Shown here in pieces: positions 14,867-23,641 of a DNA stretch of 36,935 nucleotides. Under the pieces are notes generated by a model. It ran no database searches, was not told where the DNA came from, and saw only the letters and a list, made by a program, of their open reading frames with translations. Source of the stretch: a virus (Duplodnaviria; Caudoviricetes); IMG/VR virus record IMGVR_UViG_3300028587_000018, positions 1 to 36,935 of that record; one strand, written 5' to 3'. Numbering within the stretch: position 1 is the first letter of the stretch; the number at the start of each line of letters is the position of its first letter. The translations under genes were made by a program, and so were the position numbers.

Positions 14867-15831
14867 CCACGTTCTACGAAGATCCGCGCGCTACCCTGTA
14901 CTTGGGAGATGCACGTGCGGTGCTTGTCGCGATGTCCGACGAGTCCGCGCAATGCTGCGTCACGTCCCCGCCGTACTGGGGGCTGCGCGACTACGGCGCT
15001 GACGGCCAGCTCGGCATGGAGCCCACGCCCGAGGAGTACGTTGCAAACCTCGTCGAGGTGTTCCGCGAGGTGCGGCGCGTACTCCGGGATGACGGGGTGC
15101 TTTGGCTGAATCTCGGGGACACCTACAACAGCAGCCCCAGCAACCAGCAGGGAGGGGTGGGTTCTACACTGGATAGCCGAGCAGCCGCGGCTGCCACCGT
15201 CGCAAGCTTGGGTAGACAGAAGCGCGCAGTACCGGGACTCAAACCGAAGGACTTGATTGGCATTCCGTGGCGCGTGGCGCTCGCGCTTCAAGCGGATGGC
15301 TGGTGGCTCCGCTCCGACATCATCTGGCACAAACCCAACGCCATGCCGAACAGCCAGAAAGACAGGCCAACCACCGCGCATGAGTACGTCTTCCTCCTCG
15401 CCAAATCAGAGGGGTACTTCTACGACTTCGAGGCCTCGAAGGAGCCCGCTGCCCAGCCGAACCGCAAGAGAGCAGACCGCTTCGGCGGCAACAAGTACGT
15501 CGAAGGCGTGAAGCATTCTGATGGCTCCATATTCGTGGGCAGCGCCACCAGGACGCCGCGTACCGTGTGGAGCATCAACACACAACCGAGCGGCATCGAG
15601 CACTTCGCCGTCATGGCACCGGAGCTCGCGCGCCGCTGCATCGTATCGGGCAGCCGACCCGGTGATGTAGTGCTGGACCCCTTCAACGGCGCTGGTACCA
15701 CGGGCATGGTCGCCATGCAGCGCGGGCGGCGGTACGTGGGCGTGGAACTCAACCCCGACTACGCCCAGTTGGCAGTGGAGCGGTGGCAGTCTGAGGCGTC
15801 GCAACACCTCCTCTTCGCGGAGGGTCTCTAG
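14860..15831 (+). CDS. N4-cytosine/N6-adenine DNA methyltransferase (beta order)
   Basis: Catalytic TSPPY near N-terminus, IIWHKPN, HFAV, SAM-binding VLDPFNGAGTT near C-terminus. Confidence 0.95.
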   Translation: MGTTFYEDPRATLYLGDARAVLVAMSDESAQCCVTSPPYWGLRDYGADGQLGMEPTPEEYVANLVEVFREVRRVLRDDGVLWLNLGDTYNSSPSNQQGGVGSTLDSRAAAAATVASLGRQKRAVPGLKPKDLIGIPWRVALALQADGWWLRSDIIWHKPNAMPNSQKDRPTTAHEYVFLLAKSEGYFYDFEASKEPAAQPNRKRADRFGGNKYVEGVKHSDGSIFVGSATRTPRTVWSINTQPSGIEHFAVMAPELARRCIVSGSRPGDVVLDPFNGAGTTGMVAMQRGRRYVGVELNPDYAQLAVERWQSEASQHLLFAEGL

Positions 15832-15905
15832 TGCGCTTCCCTTGGCTACAGGTGGATGCGGACTTCATCGGCGTCCGGCGCCATCTGCTTGCCCTGCTGA
15901 CGGGC
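15831..15905 (+). pseudogene. Relic 5' end of a third initiator-like gene (VRFPWLQVDADFIGVRRHLLALLTG)
   Basis: GAGG RBS, TAGTG coupling; similarity to the N-termini of 16607 and 6481 genes. Confidence 0.55.
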
Positions 15906-15917
15906 GTGATGTACCTT
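15889..15917 (+). promoter_or_regulatory. Candidate promoter TTGCCC-N17-TACCTT
   Basis: 17-nt spacer upstream of the GIY-YIG gene. Confidence 0.4.
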
Positions 15918-16031
15918 GCCTGTGTTCACCGCTGGCGACCGCGACCGCTGGCGTTAGACTCTTCTGACTTCCCACAAGGGAGTCCCATGGCCTCACCTTG
16001 CGTCGCGGCAGGGTGGGGCCGTGGTGTTTCT

Positions 16032-16607
16032 ATGGCCTGCACAGTCACTTTCATCTGCGATGCCTGCGGCGCGACCGGACAAGGAGTCCCCGGCGATTAC
16101 CTTCACCCTGACCCGCCGTTGGGATGGGTGTGGTTCTGGGGCTCCGAGATGCGCGCCACGGGGCCCCATGCCTGTTCGCACTTGTGCTGGAACAAGGTGG
16201 ACAGGAGCCCGGATGGCAAGTCCTACCTCTTTGACAGCCACGAACGCCGCGCACGGCGTGACGAGGAGGTGGAGCGGCGGCGAGACATCATCCGGCAGGA
16301 CCCACTTTCCGCAGACATGCTCCCCCTCCACGACAGAACGAAGGGGGCGGAGGTGTTTGTCTACTTCATCCAGCGTGGTGCGGATGGTCCGGTCAAAATC
16401 GGCTACAGCAAGAACCCCAAGGGCCGCCTGTCTTCATTGCAGGTCGGGTTCCCCGAGCCGCTGACTCTGCTGGGCGTCATTCCCGGGGGGAAGCCGATGG
16501 AGGAGGAACTACACCGGCAATTTGGCCGGGCCCGAATCAAGGGCGAGTGGTTCACGCCGATTGCCCCGCTGATGGACTACGTCAAGGCAAAGGCCCGGGT
16601 GCCCTAA
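16032..16607 (+). CDS. T5orf172/MUG113-type GIY-YIG protein with N-terminal Zn ribbon
   Basis: VYFIQ...VKIGYSKNPKGRLSSLQ...EEELHRQF...GEWF; CDAC...HACSHLC; start uncertain (frame open from 15831). Confidence 0.85.
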   Translation: MACTVTFICDACGATGQGVPGDYLHPDPPLGWVWFWGSEMRATGPHACSHLCWNKVDRSPDGKSYLFDSHERRARRDEEVERRRDIIRQDPLSADMLPLHDRTKGAEVFVYFIQRGADGPVKIGYSKNPKGRLSSLQVGFPEPLTLLGVIPGGKPMEEELHRQFGRARIKGEWFTPIAPLMDYVKAKARVP

Positions 16608-17653
16608 TGCGCCTACCCTTCCTTCAGTTGGAGTCCGACATCATCTCCCACGGCGCTGCCGAGGTCTCCCACCTCGCGCGCTGCTCCATTCCCCAGGCCC
16701 TCGGTCACATCGCCATGGTCCGTGCCTGGGCGGTGTCGCACGCCACGGACGAGGCCCCGCCGGATGGGTGGGTTCCGGGAGACGCCTCCGGCCGCCGAAT
16801 CGAAGCTGCTGCCCACTGGCAGGGCGAGAACGGGGCCCTTCTCCAGGCCCTCATTGATGCCGGGCACGTGCGCGTTGAGGAGGGCGGGCACCGGGTGCTC
16901 CGCCTGGAGCCATATGCCAAGGCGTGGGAACAAAATAGAAAGTCCAAGGAACGCATGCGTAACGCCCGCGAACGTTCGTCGAACAAGCCGGTAATGGACG
17001 CGAACAACGGCATAGAGTCGGGCGAACGTTCAGCGAAGTTCGATGGTCAGACGCAGACGCAGACGCAGACGCAGAAGGAAGAAGCTTCTGCTTCGCAGGC
17101 GAGCGCTGCCGCGCCGCCGCCGGTTCTCGTGGTTCAGGAGGCCGCGCCCGAGAAGCCGAAGCGGGCGCCCAGCACGACGGCCATGGGAGAATTCATCGAC
17201 TGGGCCCGGGCGGAAGTGAAGCCACGACTCCCCCCGGACGCGCTCGACCCCGCCGCAGGCATGAAGCCGCACGAGCGAGTGCGGCTGGGCGAGGCGGTGA
17301 AGGACCACGGCTTGGAGTCCGTCAAGGCGGCCTTCCGGCTCTTCATGGGCTGGGCCGTAGCGGAGTCCAAGGGCTACTCCGTGGGCTTCTTCGCCAACCA
17401 GTGGGAGACGTGGGTGCGGCAGGCGAAGGCCGCGGTGGCGCCAGCAGGCCGCCCCAACGCTGTCGGCCGGGGAGCAGAGGGCCCGGCTCGCGAGTGCGCT
17501 GGATGCGGAGAAGAGACCGGCGAGGGGCAGCAGCACGGTCAGACGTGGGTGGGCCTGTACTGCGGGTGCGGAGCGGCTCTCTTCCGTTTGGCCACGCCGC
17601 CAGCCGATGTCGGGCAGTGGGCGCGCAACCGGCGCGCAGGGAGGGCGGCATGA
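16607..17653 (+). CDS. Replication initiator (lambda O-like architecture)
   Basis: N-terminal DNA-binding-like domain, KERMRNARER, internal DNA repeats with QTQTQTQ linker, C-terminal helical domain and CxxC...CxC. Confidence 0.75.
   Translation: MRLPFLQLESDIISHGAAEVSHLARCSIPQALGHIAMVRAWAVSHATDEAPPDGWVPGDASGRRIEAAAHWQGENGALLQALIDAGHVRVEEGGHRVLRLEPYAKAWEQNRKSKERMRNARERSSNKPVMDANNGIESGERSAKFDGQTQTQTQTQKEEASASQASAAAPPPVLVVQEAAPEKPKRAPSTTAMGEFIDWARAEVKPRLPPDALDPAAGMKPHERVRLGEAVKDHGLESVKAAFRLFMGWAVAESKGYSVGFFANQWETWVRQAKAAVAPAGRPNAVGRGAEGPARECAGCGEETGEGQQHGQTWVGLYCGCGAALFRLATPPADVGQWARNRRAGRAA
16968..17077. repeat. Iteron-like repeats within rep (candidate origin)
   Basis: GCGAACGTTC at 16968 and 17022, GCGAAGTTC at 17033, CGAACAA twice, then (CAGACG)x4 at 17048-17071. 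Confidence 0.6.
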
Positions 17654-17862
17654 TGCCTCCGAGCCGGAGCGGCGTCCTCACGGGTCGCCTATGTCCATGC
17701 GGCAAGGGCCGCACTGTCTTCTGTCAGTGGTGCCACCGAGCCCTCTGTGACAGCCATTCTGCTGGCGGCCCATTCGTTGAGGAGGGGGTCATCGTACTCA
17801 AGCCCGTGTGCCTTCCTCTGTGCGATTCCAGTTGGTGGCAAAACGTGGAGGCTCCGACATGA
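17650..17862 (+). CDS. Small zinc-finger protein
   Basis: CPC...CQWC...CDSH...C...C; ATGA overlaps. Confidence 0.7.
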   Translation: MMPPSRSGVLTGRLCPCGKGRTVFCQWCHRALCDSHSAGGPFVEEGVIVLKPVCLPLCDSSWWQNVEAPT

Positions 17863-18491
17863 CCCCGCCAGCCCTGCTCCTTCCGCAGGTCGTCGAGCGT
17901 CTCCAACAGGCGCGGCAGCGAGTGGCGAGCGGCGTCCCATCCGTGGAGCTGGCCCTGGCGGGGAATCCCGTCTCGACAGCGACGCTGCGCCTCGCGGCTG
18001 CAAAGGGCGCTGGTCCGGACTCCGAGCCGTGGGTCCGGCTGCTCGCCGACGCCATGGCTCTTGTGACTGAGGCCCGCTTGCTCTGGGGCTCCACGCCCGA
18101 CCAGATGCCGCCCCTCACACAGGACCTTGCCCCCTGCGGAATGGACCTCCGCCTGTGGCTCTCCATGACTCGCGTGGTGGCTGAGAAGTGCACCATCTGG
18201 GAGGACGCAGGCGATCTCACCAGGGCGCAGGCTTTATGCGTGCTACACCTCGCCGTCTGCCTAGCCCAATGGCGCGCGATCGAGACCCGGGCCGAACTGG
18301 CAGCAGCGAAGGCCCAGGCGGAGGTCGATCGCGGTCGTGAGGAGCGGGCAACCACCGCGGCCCGGGCCATCTGGGGACCGGAGCCAGAGCCGGAGCGCGA
18401 GCCCCTTGACGCTGGCCCTCGCAGCCTCCGGGACCTCACCAGCGTCTCCGCCGCGTTCAGCCAGTGGACGGACGATGAATCGCAGGAGTGA
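17859..18491 (+). CDS. Hypothetical helical protein
   Basis: GGAGG RBS; ATGA overlap. Confidence 0.75.
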   Translation: MTPPALLLPQVVERLQQARQRVASGVPSVELALAGNPVSTATLRLAAAKGAGPDSEPWVRLLADAMALVTEARLLWGSTPDQMPPLTQDLAPCGMDLRLWLSMTRVVAEKCTIWEDAGDLTRAQALCVLHLAVCLAQWRAIETRAELAAAKAQAEVDRGREERATTAARAIWGPEPEPEREPLDAGPRSLRDLTSVSAAFSQWTDDESQE

Positions 18492-18520
18492 CGCAACTCC
18501 CGCGCGCCATCGCCGATAAT
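18491..18520 (+). promoter_or_regulatory. Promoter-like motif ACGCAACTCC-N14-GATAAT (copy 3)
   Basis: Same layout as copy 1; upstream of GGAGG plus ATG 18551. Confidence 0.6.
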
Positions 18521-18550
18521 TAATGCAGGAAGTTTACCCGGAGGAACCGC

Positions 18551-19062
<512 letters not shown>

Positions 19063-19066
<4 letters not shown>

Positions 19067-19518
19067 GTGACGAACTTGAACGGCTGAGGCGGTGGGTATC
19101 CGCAGTCGTTCCTACGGACTGGCAAGCCAGCGAGGCAGGTAAGTTGCTCGACGCCGCGCTGTCCTCCGCCCGGGCGGAGGCGCTGGAGGAGGCGGCGCGG
19201 ATTTTCGACAGGATGAGGGCCGAAGACTCGGAGCCAATCTGGCCCGAGTTCGCAGCCTGCGAGGTTCGCGCCCTCATCACCACGCCCGCCCCCGTCTCCA
19301 TCCCCGTGGAGAGGGTGCGGGAGATGTTTAGAGAGGCCCTGGAGTACAACTGGCTCAGGCCTGCACAGGCAACGGCCCTGGCGCGCATCCTCGGCGTGGA
19401 CCTCGACGGCGCGGTGGAGGGGCGTCCCGTGACGGCGCTGTGCAACCGCCACCCGCTCTGCATGCAGGACAAGGGGCATCCGGGGACGTGCGGCGACTTG
19501 GGCGGGGAGTTGCCGTGA
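19063..19518 (+). CDS. Hypothetical protein
   Basis: ARAEALEEAARI motif common in phage early proteins; C-terminal C...C...H...C. Confidence 0.75.
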
Positions 19519-19712
19519 GTTGCGCCGCATGCTCCGCGAAAGAGGATGGGTGCAAGGTGTCGCTGACGTCCGAGGTGCATGAGGGGTTGTGCCCGCCTTG
19601 TTTTGGGGCGTGGGTGGCCTATGCGTGGTGCTCGGTGTGGTGGCGCAACAAGGCGTTGGTGGTGCGCAAGTTCCGCGCGTGGTGCGCGGCACGAAAGAAG
19701 GTGACGGCATGA
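19515..19712 (+). CDS. Small Cys/Trp-rich protein
   Basis: CAAC...LCPPC; GTGA/ATGA overlaps. Confidence 0.65.
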   Translation: MSCAACSAKEDGCKVSLTSEVHEGLCPPCFGAWVAYAWCSVWWRNKALVVRKFRAWCAARKKVTA

Positions 19713-20209
19713 GGGCCACGACGAGGATTGCCCCATGGACGGCCGAGGACATCGAAAACGCCAGCACCCCAGAGCCCAACACCGGGTGTTGGCTGTGGCT
19801 GGGTCCGGAGCAGGCCCAAGGATACGGCATCCTGCACATAGAGGGACGAAAGCGGCTCGCGCATCGCGTCTCGTATGCGCTCGTCCATGGCCCGTTCTTC
19901 GAGTGGCTCAACATCCTGCACCGCTGCGACAACCCGCCGTGCGTGAACCCGGCGCACCTGTTTCTGGGCACGCAAGCGGACAACGTGGCCGACCGGGACC
20001 AGAAGGGCCGCACGGCGCGCGGGGAGATGCTCTCGGCCTATCAGCGCGGCGAACGCGCCAGATGGGCGAAACTCACGGCTGCGCAGGTTGCGGAGATTCG
20101 CGCCGCCCTCGCTGGCGGTGCGTCACAATCGGCGGTGGCGGTTCGATACGGCGTGACGCAGTCCAACATCAACCGCATCGCCACAGGCCGCATCTGGAGA
20201 GACACGTGA
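19709..20209 (+). CDS. HNH endonuclease with C-terminal HTH
   Basis: GCWLWLG...GYG...AHRVSY...LHRCDNPPCVNPAHLFLGTQADNVAD; AKLTAAQVAEIR. Confidence 0.93.
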   Translation: MRATTRIAPWTAEDIENASTPEPNTGCWLWLGPEQAQGYGILHIEGRKRLAHRVSYALVHGPFFEWLNILHRCDNPPCVNPAHLFLGTQADNVADRDQKGRTARGEMLSAYQRGERARWAKLTAAQVAEIRAALAGGASQSAVAVRYGVTQSNINRIATGRIWRDT

Positions 20210-20670
20210 AAGCCCAGCGAAGGGACCGCAACGAGGGGCCCATCCGCGCCCGCGCCGAGGCGCTCGGCTTCCTCTGGCTGGAGAACAACGCCAGCACCAA
20301 GGGGCGGCCGGACGCGTGCCTCCTGCGCAACGGGCAGACGTATTGGTGCGAGGTGAAGGTGCCGGGCGAGCCGTACACGAAGGCGCAGATGGAGGAGTTT
20401 CCGCGCATCGTCGCTAAGGGAGTGCCCATTTACGTGCTGGAGAGCGTGGGGCACGTGGACGCGCTGACGGCCGGAACGCTTCGCCCGTGGGCACCCGAGC
20501 GCGTGGAGAAGGTGTGGAGCGCGGCGGGCGGGCGGAAGAAGCGCGAGCATCGGCCGGGGCACAGCAGGGCCGAGAGGGTGGTGGATTTGTGCGCGACGGA
20601 CTGCTGCCCCCGCTCACGCCTGCCGGGACTGACGACGTGCGCCATGCACGAAGAAAAGGGGAAGAAATGA
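20206..20670 (+). CDS. VRR-NUC-like PD-(D/E)xK nuclease / resolvase
   Basis: RRDRNE...GRPD...CEVK...TKAQ motif. Confidence 0.75.
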   Translation: MKAQRRDRNEGPIRARAEALGFLWLENNASTKGRPDACLLRNGQTYWCEVKVPGEPYTKAQMEEFPRIVAKGVPIYVLESVGHVDALTAGTLRPWAPERVEKVWSAAGGRKKREHRPGHSRAERVVDLCATDCCPRSRLPGLTTCAMHEEKGKK

Positions 20671-21089
20671 GCGAGCCGACGCCGCTGGAGAAGAGGGTCG
20701 CAGAGGCTGTGAACGCCGAGAGTCACCCGGATATGGACGACGTATCCGCGTTGCTTGGCATGCTCGCGGCCGAGCGCCAGCGTGCCGAGCGCGCGGAGGC
20801 GGACAACGCGGCGCTGGCTGAACAACTCCATCACCAGTGGAGTACGCCAGACAGCCCAGGCGTCAGCACGCGCTCGGCGGGCATGCTCTCGGTCAATCAC
20901 CCCGGCGCCGCGATGCTGGGGCGGATGCGGGCGATGGAGAGCCTCTACGACGCATGCGCCGCCTATTTCGTGCACGCGGCTGCGAACCACGACACCGGCT
21001 GTCCCGAGGACGATACATGCGAGTGACCGCATGTGGTCCGCGTCAACGATGCGTTCAGCGCTGTCGACGCCCTGAAGGAGAAGCCATGA
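20667..21089 (+). CDS. Coiled-coil protein with in-frame TGA at 21024-21026
   Basis: Frame continues 20 codons past the TGA to a stop overlapping the next ATG. Confidence 0.6.
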
Positions 21090-21448
21090 GCGAACATGAG
21101 AAGGTGAAGACGCTGAATGAGTACCAGAGGTTGGCCTTGCGAACCGCCACTGTTGACGAGAGCACTCCGCTGGAGTCGCTAGGGCTCGCTCGCGATGCGC
21201 TCGGGCTCGCAGGAGAGTCGGGTGAGGTCGCCGACCTCATCAAGAAACACATTGGCCATGGGCATGCGTTGGACACCGGCAAGGTTCACGCGGAGCTGGG
21301 CGACGTGCTTTGGTATCTCGCCGTGCTCACCCACCGCGTTGGGTCAACGTTGGAGGAGGTGGCCGCGTCCAATATCGAGAAACTCCGCGCCCGCTACCCA
21401 GATGGATTCAGCAGCGAGCGCAGTATAAACCGGAAGGACGAGCCATGA
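21086..21448 (+). CDS. MazG-like NTP pyrophosphohydrolase
   Basis: LNEYQ...ALGLAGESGEVADLIKK...ELGDVLWY...NIEKLRARYP. Confidence 0.92.
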   Translation: MSEHEKVKTLNEYQRLALRTATVDESTPLESLGLARDALGLAGESGEVADLIKKHIGHGHALDTGKVHAELGDVLWYLAVLTHRVGSTLEEVAASNIEKLRARYPDGFSSERSINRKDEP

Positions 21449-22056
21449 GTTTCGACAGGGCCGCCTGGTACCGGGAGAGTCGAGCGAAGGCATACGCCAA
21501 GCGCCCAGACACGTACTGCTCCGGCGGGTGCGGAGGGCTGCTGCCCAAGAAGCCGCTCGGCAGGAAGTGGTGCTCGGAGAGGTGCCGCAACGCCGTCCAC
21601 CACGCGAAGCTTCGGGCCGAGCGAGCAAAAGGGAAGGAGGCGCGCCACCCACTGGCGAAATACATCTACGAGGCCGTCAAGGACACCGCGCCCGGCCTCT
21701 GCCCCTGGTGTGACGAGCCGCTGCCGGAGGGGCGGAAGACGAACTGTGGCGACCCAGAATGCACCCGCGCCTATCAGCGGGCCTATCGAGCGGCGAGGTG
21801 CGAGGCGGCCCGCGCTGATCGTCCACTGAAGCGAGTCCTCTGCGCCTGCGGATGTGGTGATGATTTCCAGCAGGACTGCCTTCAGCGGAAGTACCTGGAC
21901 GATCGGCACTACGCCGACCACCGCAACCGACTCTTGCGCGAGGAGCGGGCGAAGAACCCGAAGCCCAAGGGACGTCCCAAGGGCTCTCGCTCCTCGTTCA
22001 TGCGCCCGTTCGGAAAGAGGACGGAGCCGAAGAGGCTCAGGCCGTTCATGCACTGA
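21445..22056 (+). CDS. Basic protein with three zinc-finger-like units
   Basis: CSGGCG...WCSERC; CPWC...CGDPEC; CACGCG; last gene of the rightward arm. Confidence 0.75.
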   Translation: MSFDRAAWYRESRAKAYAKRPDTYCSGGCGGLLPKKPLGRKWCSERCRNAVHHAKLRAERAKGKEARHPLAKYIYEAVKDTAPGLCPWCDEPLPEGRKTNCGDPECTRAYQRAYRAARCEAARADRPLKRVLCACGCGDDFQQDCLQRKYLDDRHYADHRNRLLREERAKNPKPKGRPKGSRSSFMRPFGKRTEPKRLRPFMH

Positions 22057-22058
22057 CT

Positions 22059-22502
22059 CTACGGCTCGATGCTCGTGGGCGGGCGATTGGCCGCGGCGAC
22101 TGGCTGGTAGCACGACCCGCCGTGCTCGACAGTGCCATACGGGCAGGGTGGCTTCTCCGCGTGTGGCGTCCAGCAGCCGCCGTTTACCTCGCGTTCCGTT
22201 CGCGGGATGCATGGCGGTCGCTTCTGCTCGGGCCGCGGCTGCGGCGGCATGGGGTAGCTTCGGCCCCCCGATATGGCGGGGCCTCCCGCGTTTGTGTCGA
22301 CTGTCCATACCAGCGGGGGCGGGGCGTCCTCCTCGCGCTTCGCCACCGGGACTGTGGGTTGCTGCTCCTCCCGTAGGAAGAGCGTCCCCGCGAGCACCAG
22401 CACCGAGATGGCCTGCTTGCCGTAGGCCGTAAGACGGCGCCCCGCCCACCAACGACGAGTGGCTGGCCTCCTTCTTCGGCGGATGGGGCGCTTGATGGGC
22501 AT
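22059..22502 (-). CDS. Membrane-anchored protein resembling the C-terminal Cys-rich domain of myxobacterial Ser/Thr kinases, without kinase domain
   Basis: Basic N-terminus, hydrophobic AISVLVLAGTLFL, then PRPEQKRPPC...EVNGGCW...PPC...CYQP...RPPTSIEP. Confidence 0.7.
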   Translation of the reverse strand: MPIKRPIRRRRRPATRRWWAGRRLTAYGKQAISVLVLAGTLFLREEQQPTVPVAKREEDAPPPLVWTVDTNAGGPAISGGRSYPMPPQPRPEQKRPPCIPRTEREVNGGCWTPHAEKPPCPYGTVEHGGSCYQPVAAANRPPTSIEP

Positions 22503-22511
22503 GGGAGCAGG

Positions 22512-22856
22512 CTACTCCACGAACGCCGGGCCCACGGTCCGGACTTCGACGCACCACTGGCCGGCTGGAGCCGTGGCCGCCACCGGAACAGAGGCGAGGA
22601 TCTCCGCCGCGCCGCCGCCTGAGACGCACCGGAGGCTGATACCAGCTGGTGTCCCCGCCGGGGGAATGACGGTGCAGGCGCTACCATCCACGAACTCAGC
22701 GTCGGCGACCGAGCCGAGGGAGGCGCCGCCCAGGGCCAGAAGCTGCCCACTCCCCTTCGTCATGCACTTCTGTCCGACGTAGGAGTATTGCTGCGGCGTC
22801 CTGCCCGGAGTGGAAACCAGAGTGCCTCCTAGTGCCGCCGCCAAAGCGAAGTTCAT
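22512..22856 (-). CDS. Probable exported small protein with four Cys
   Basis: Hydrophobic N-terminus MNFALAAALGGTLV; ATGA overlap. Confidence 0.7.
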   Translation of the reverse strand: MNFALAAALGGTLVSTPGRTPQQYSYVGQKCMTKGSGQLLALGGASLGSVADAEFVDGSACTVIPPAGTPAGISLRCVSGGGAAEILASVPVAATAPAGQWCVEVRTVGPAFVE

Positions 22857-23641
22857 GGCGCTACGCATGCTTCCTCCGTGTGCTCCACCGTCGCGCCGTT
22901 AGTGCAGGCCACGCAGCGAACCGTGTCCGACTCGCGGACAGGGAAGGTGAGGGTCCCTCCATTGGGCTGTACGGTGAGTCCAAAGCCCGGGGTGTTGCAG
23001 TCGGGCACCCCTCCATCTCCGGGATCCACACGGCATGACACCTTCTTCACGCTGTCCACGTTGACGAGCGTCCATGACGTGCGTCCTGCGATGGGCCCTC
23101 CAGAGGGGATGATGGTGGGCGTGGTGGTGAGGTTGAGCCGATGCGATTCGGCGGCGGCACAGATGTAGTTGCCCATGCTAGCGAGCGTGGCGCTGGAGAG
23201 GTCGACGATGCCGGCCACATCGACAGGGCCGTTCGTTGCCCCCACGGCGCGAACGATGTCCGTAGGAATCTGGAACGGACTTGCCTGGGCTGTCACCGTC
23301 GCGCTGCCGGATGACAGGGTGGCCGCCCGAACGCGGAACAGAGGAGCCCCGAAGGTAGGGACGGACCACGAGCCATTTACTGTGACCGCCACAGCATAGG
23401 CCCCATTCCCGTCCGGCGTGTAGGCGCGGCTGGAGTGCCATGGACCAGCAGCATTCCCAGCCACCTCGAACACGAGGCTGCCCGTCCACGTCCCGGACAC
23501 GTCAACGAACACCGAGGAGAACCCCACAGTGTTTCGCGTGAAGCAGCCAGTCGTCACCGCTGGCGTACAGGTGGCGCTGGTGATGTTCTCCGCGTGGGCC
23601 AGCCACGGGAGGAGGCAGAGAAGCACGACGACACGACGCAT
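22853..23641 (-). CDS. Signal-peptide-bearing beta-rich protein
   Basis: MRRVVVLLCLLPWLAHA-E (AxA cleavage site); VSGTWTGSLVFE motif; TAATG coupling to the upstream gene. Confidence 0.75.
   Translation of the reverse strand: MRRVVVLLCLLPWLAHAENITSATCTPAVTTGCFTRNTVGFSSVFVDVSGTWTGSLVFEVAGNAAGPWHSSRAYTPDGNGAYAVAVTVNGSWSVPTFGAPLFRVRAATLSSGSATVTAQASPFQIPTDIVRAVGATNGPVDVAGIVDLSSATLASMGNYICAAAESHRLNLTTTPTIIPSGGPIAGRTSWTLVNVDSVKKVSCRVDPGDGGVPDCNTPGFGLTVQPNGGTLTFPVRESDTVRCVACTNGATVEHTEEACVAP

Noticed and set aside
14860-16607. Methyltransferase plus GIY-YIG as a restriction-modification pair
   Set aside because: T5orf172-type proteins and orphan methylases are both common in phages; a rep stub and promoter separate them
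17048-17071. (CAGACG)4 as CRISPR or stand-alone VNTR
   Set aside because: No spacers; it encodes the QTQT linker typical of phage initiators
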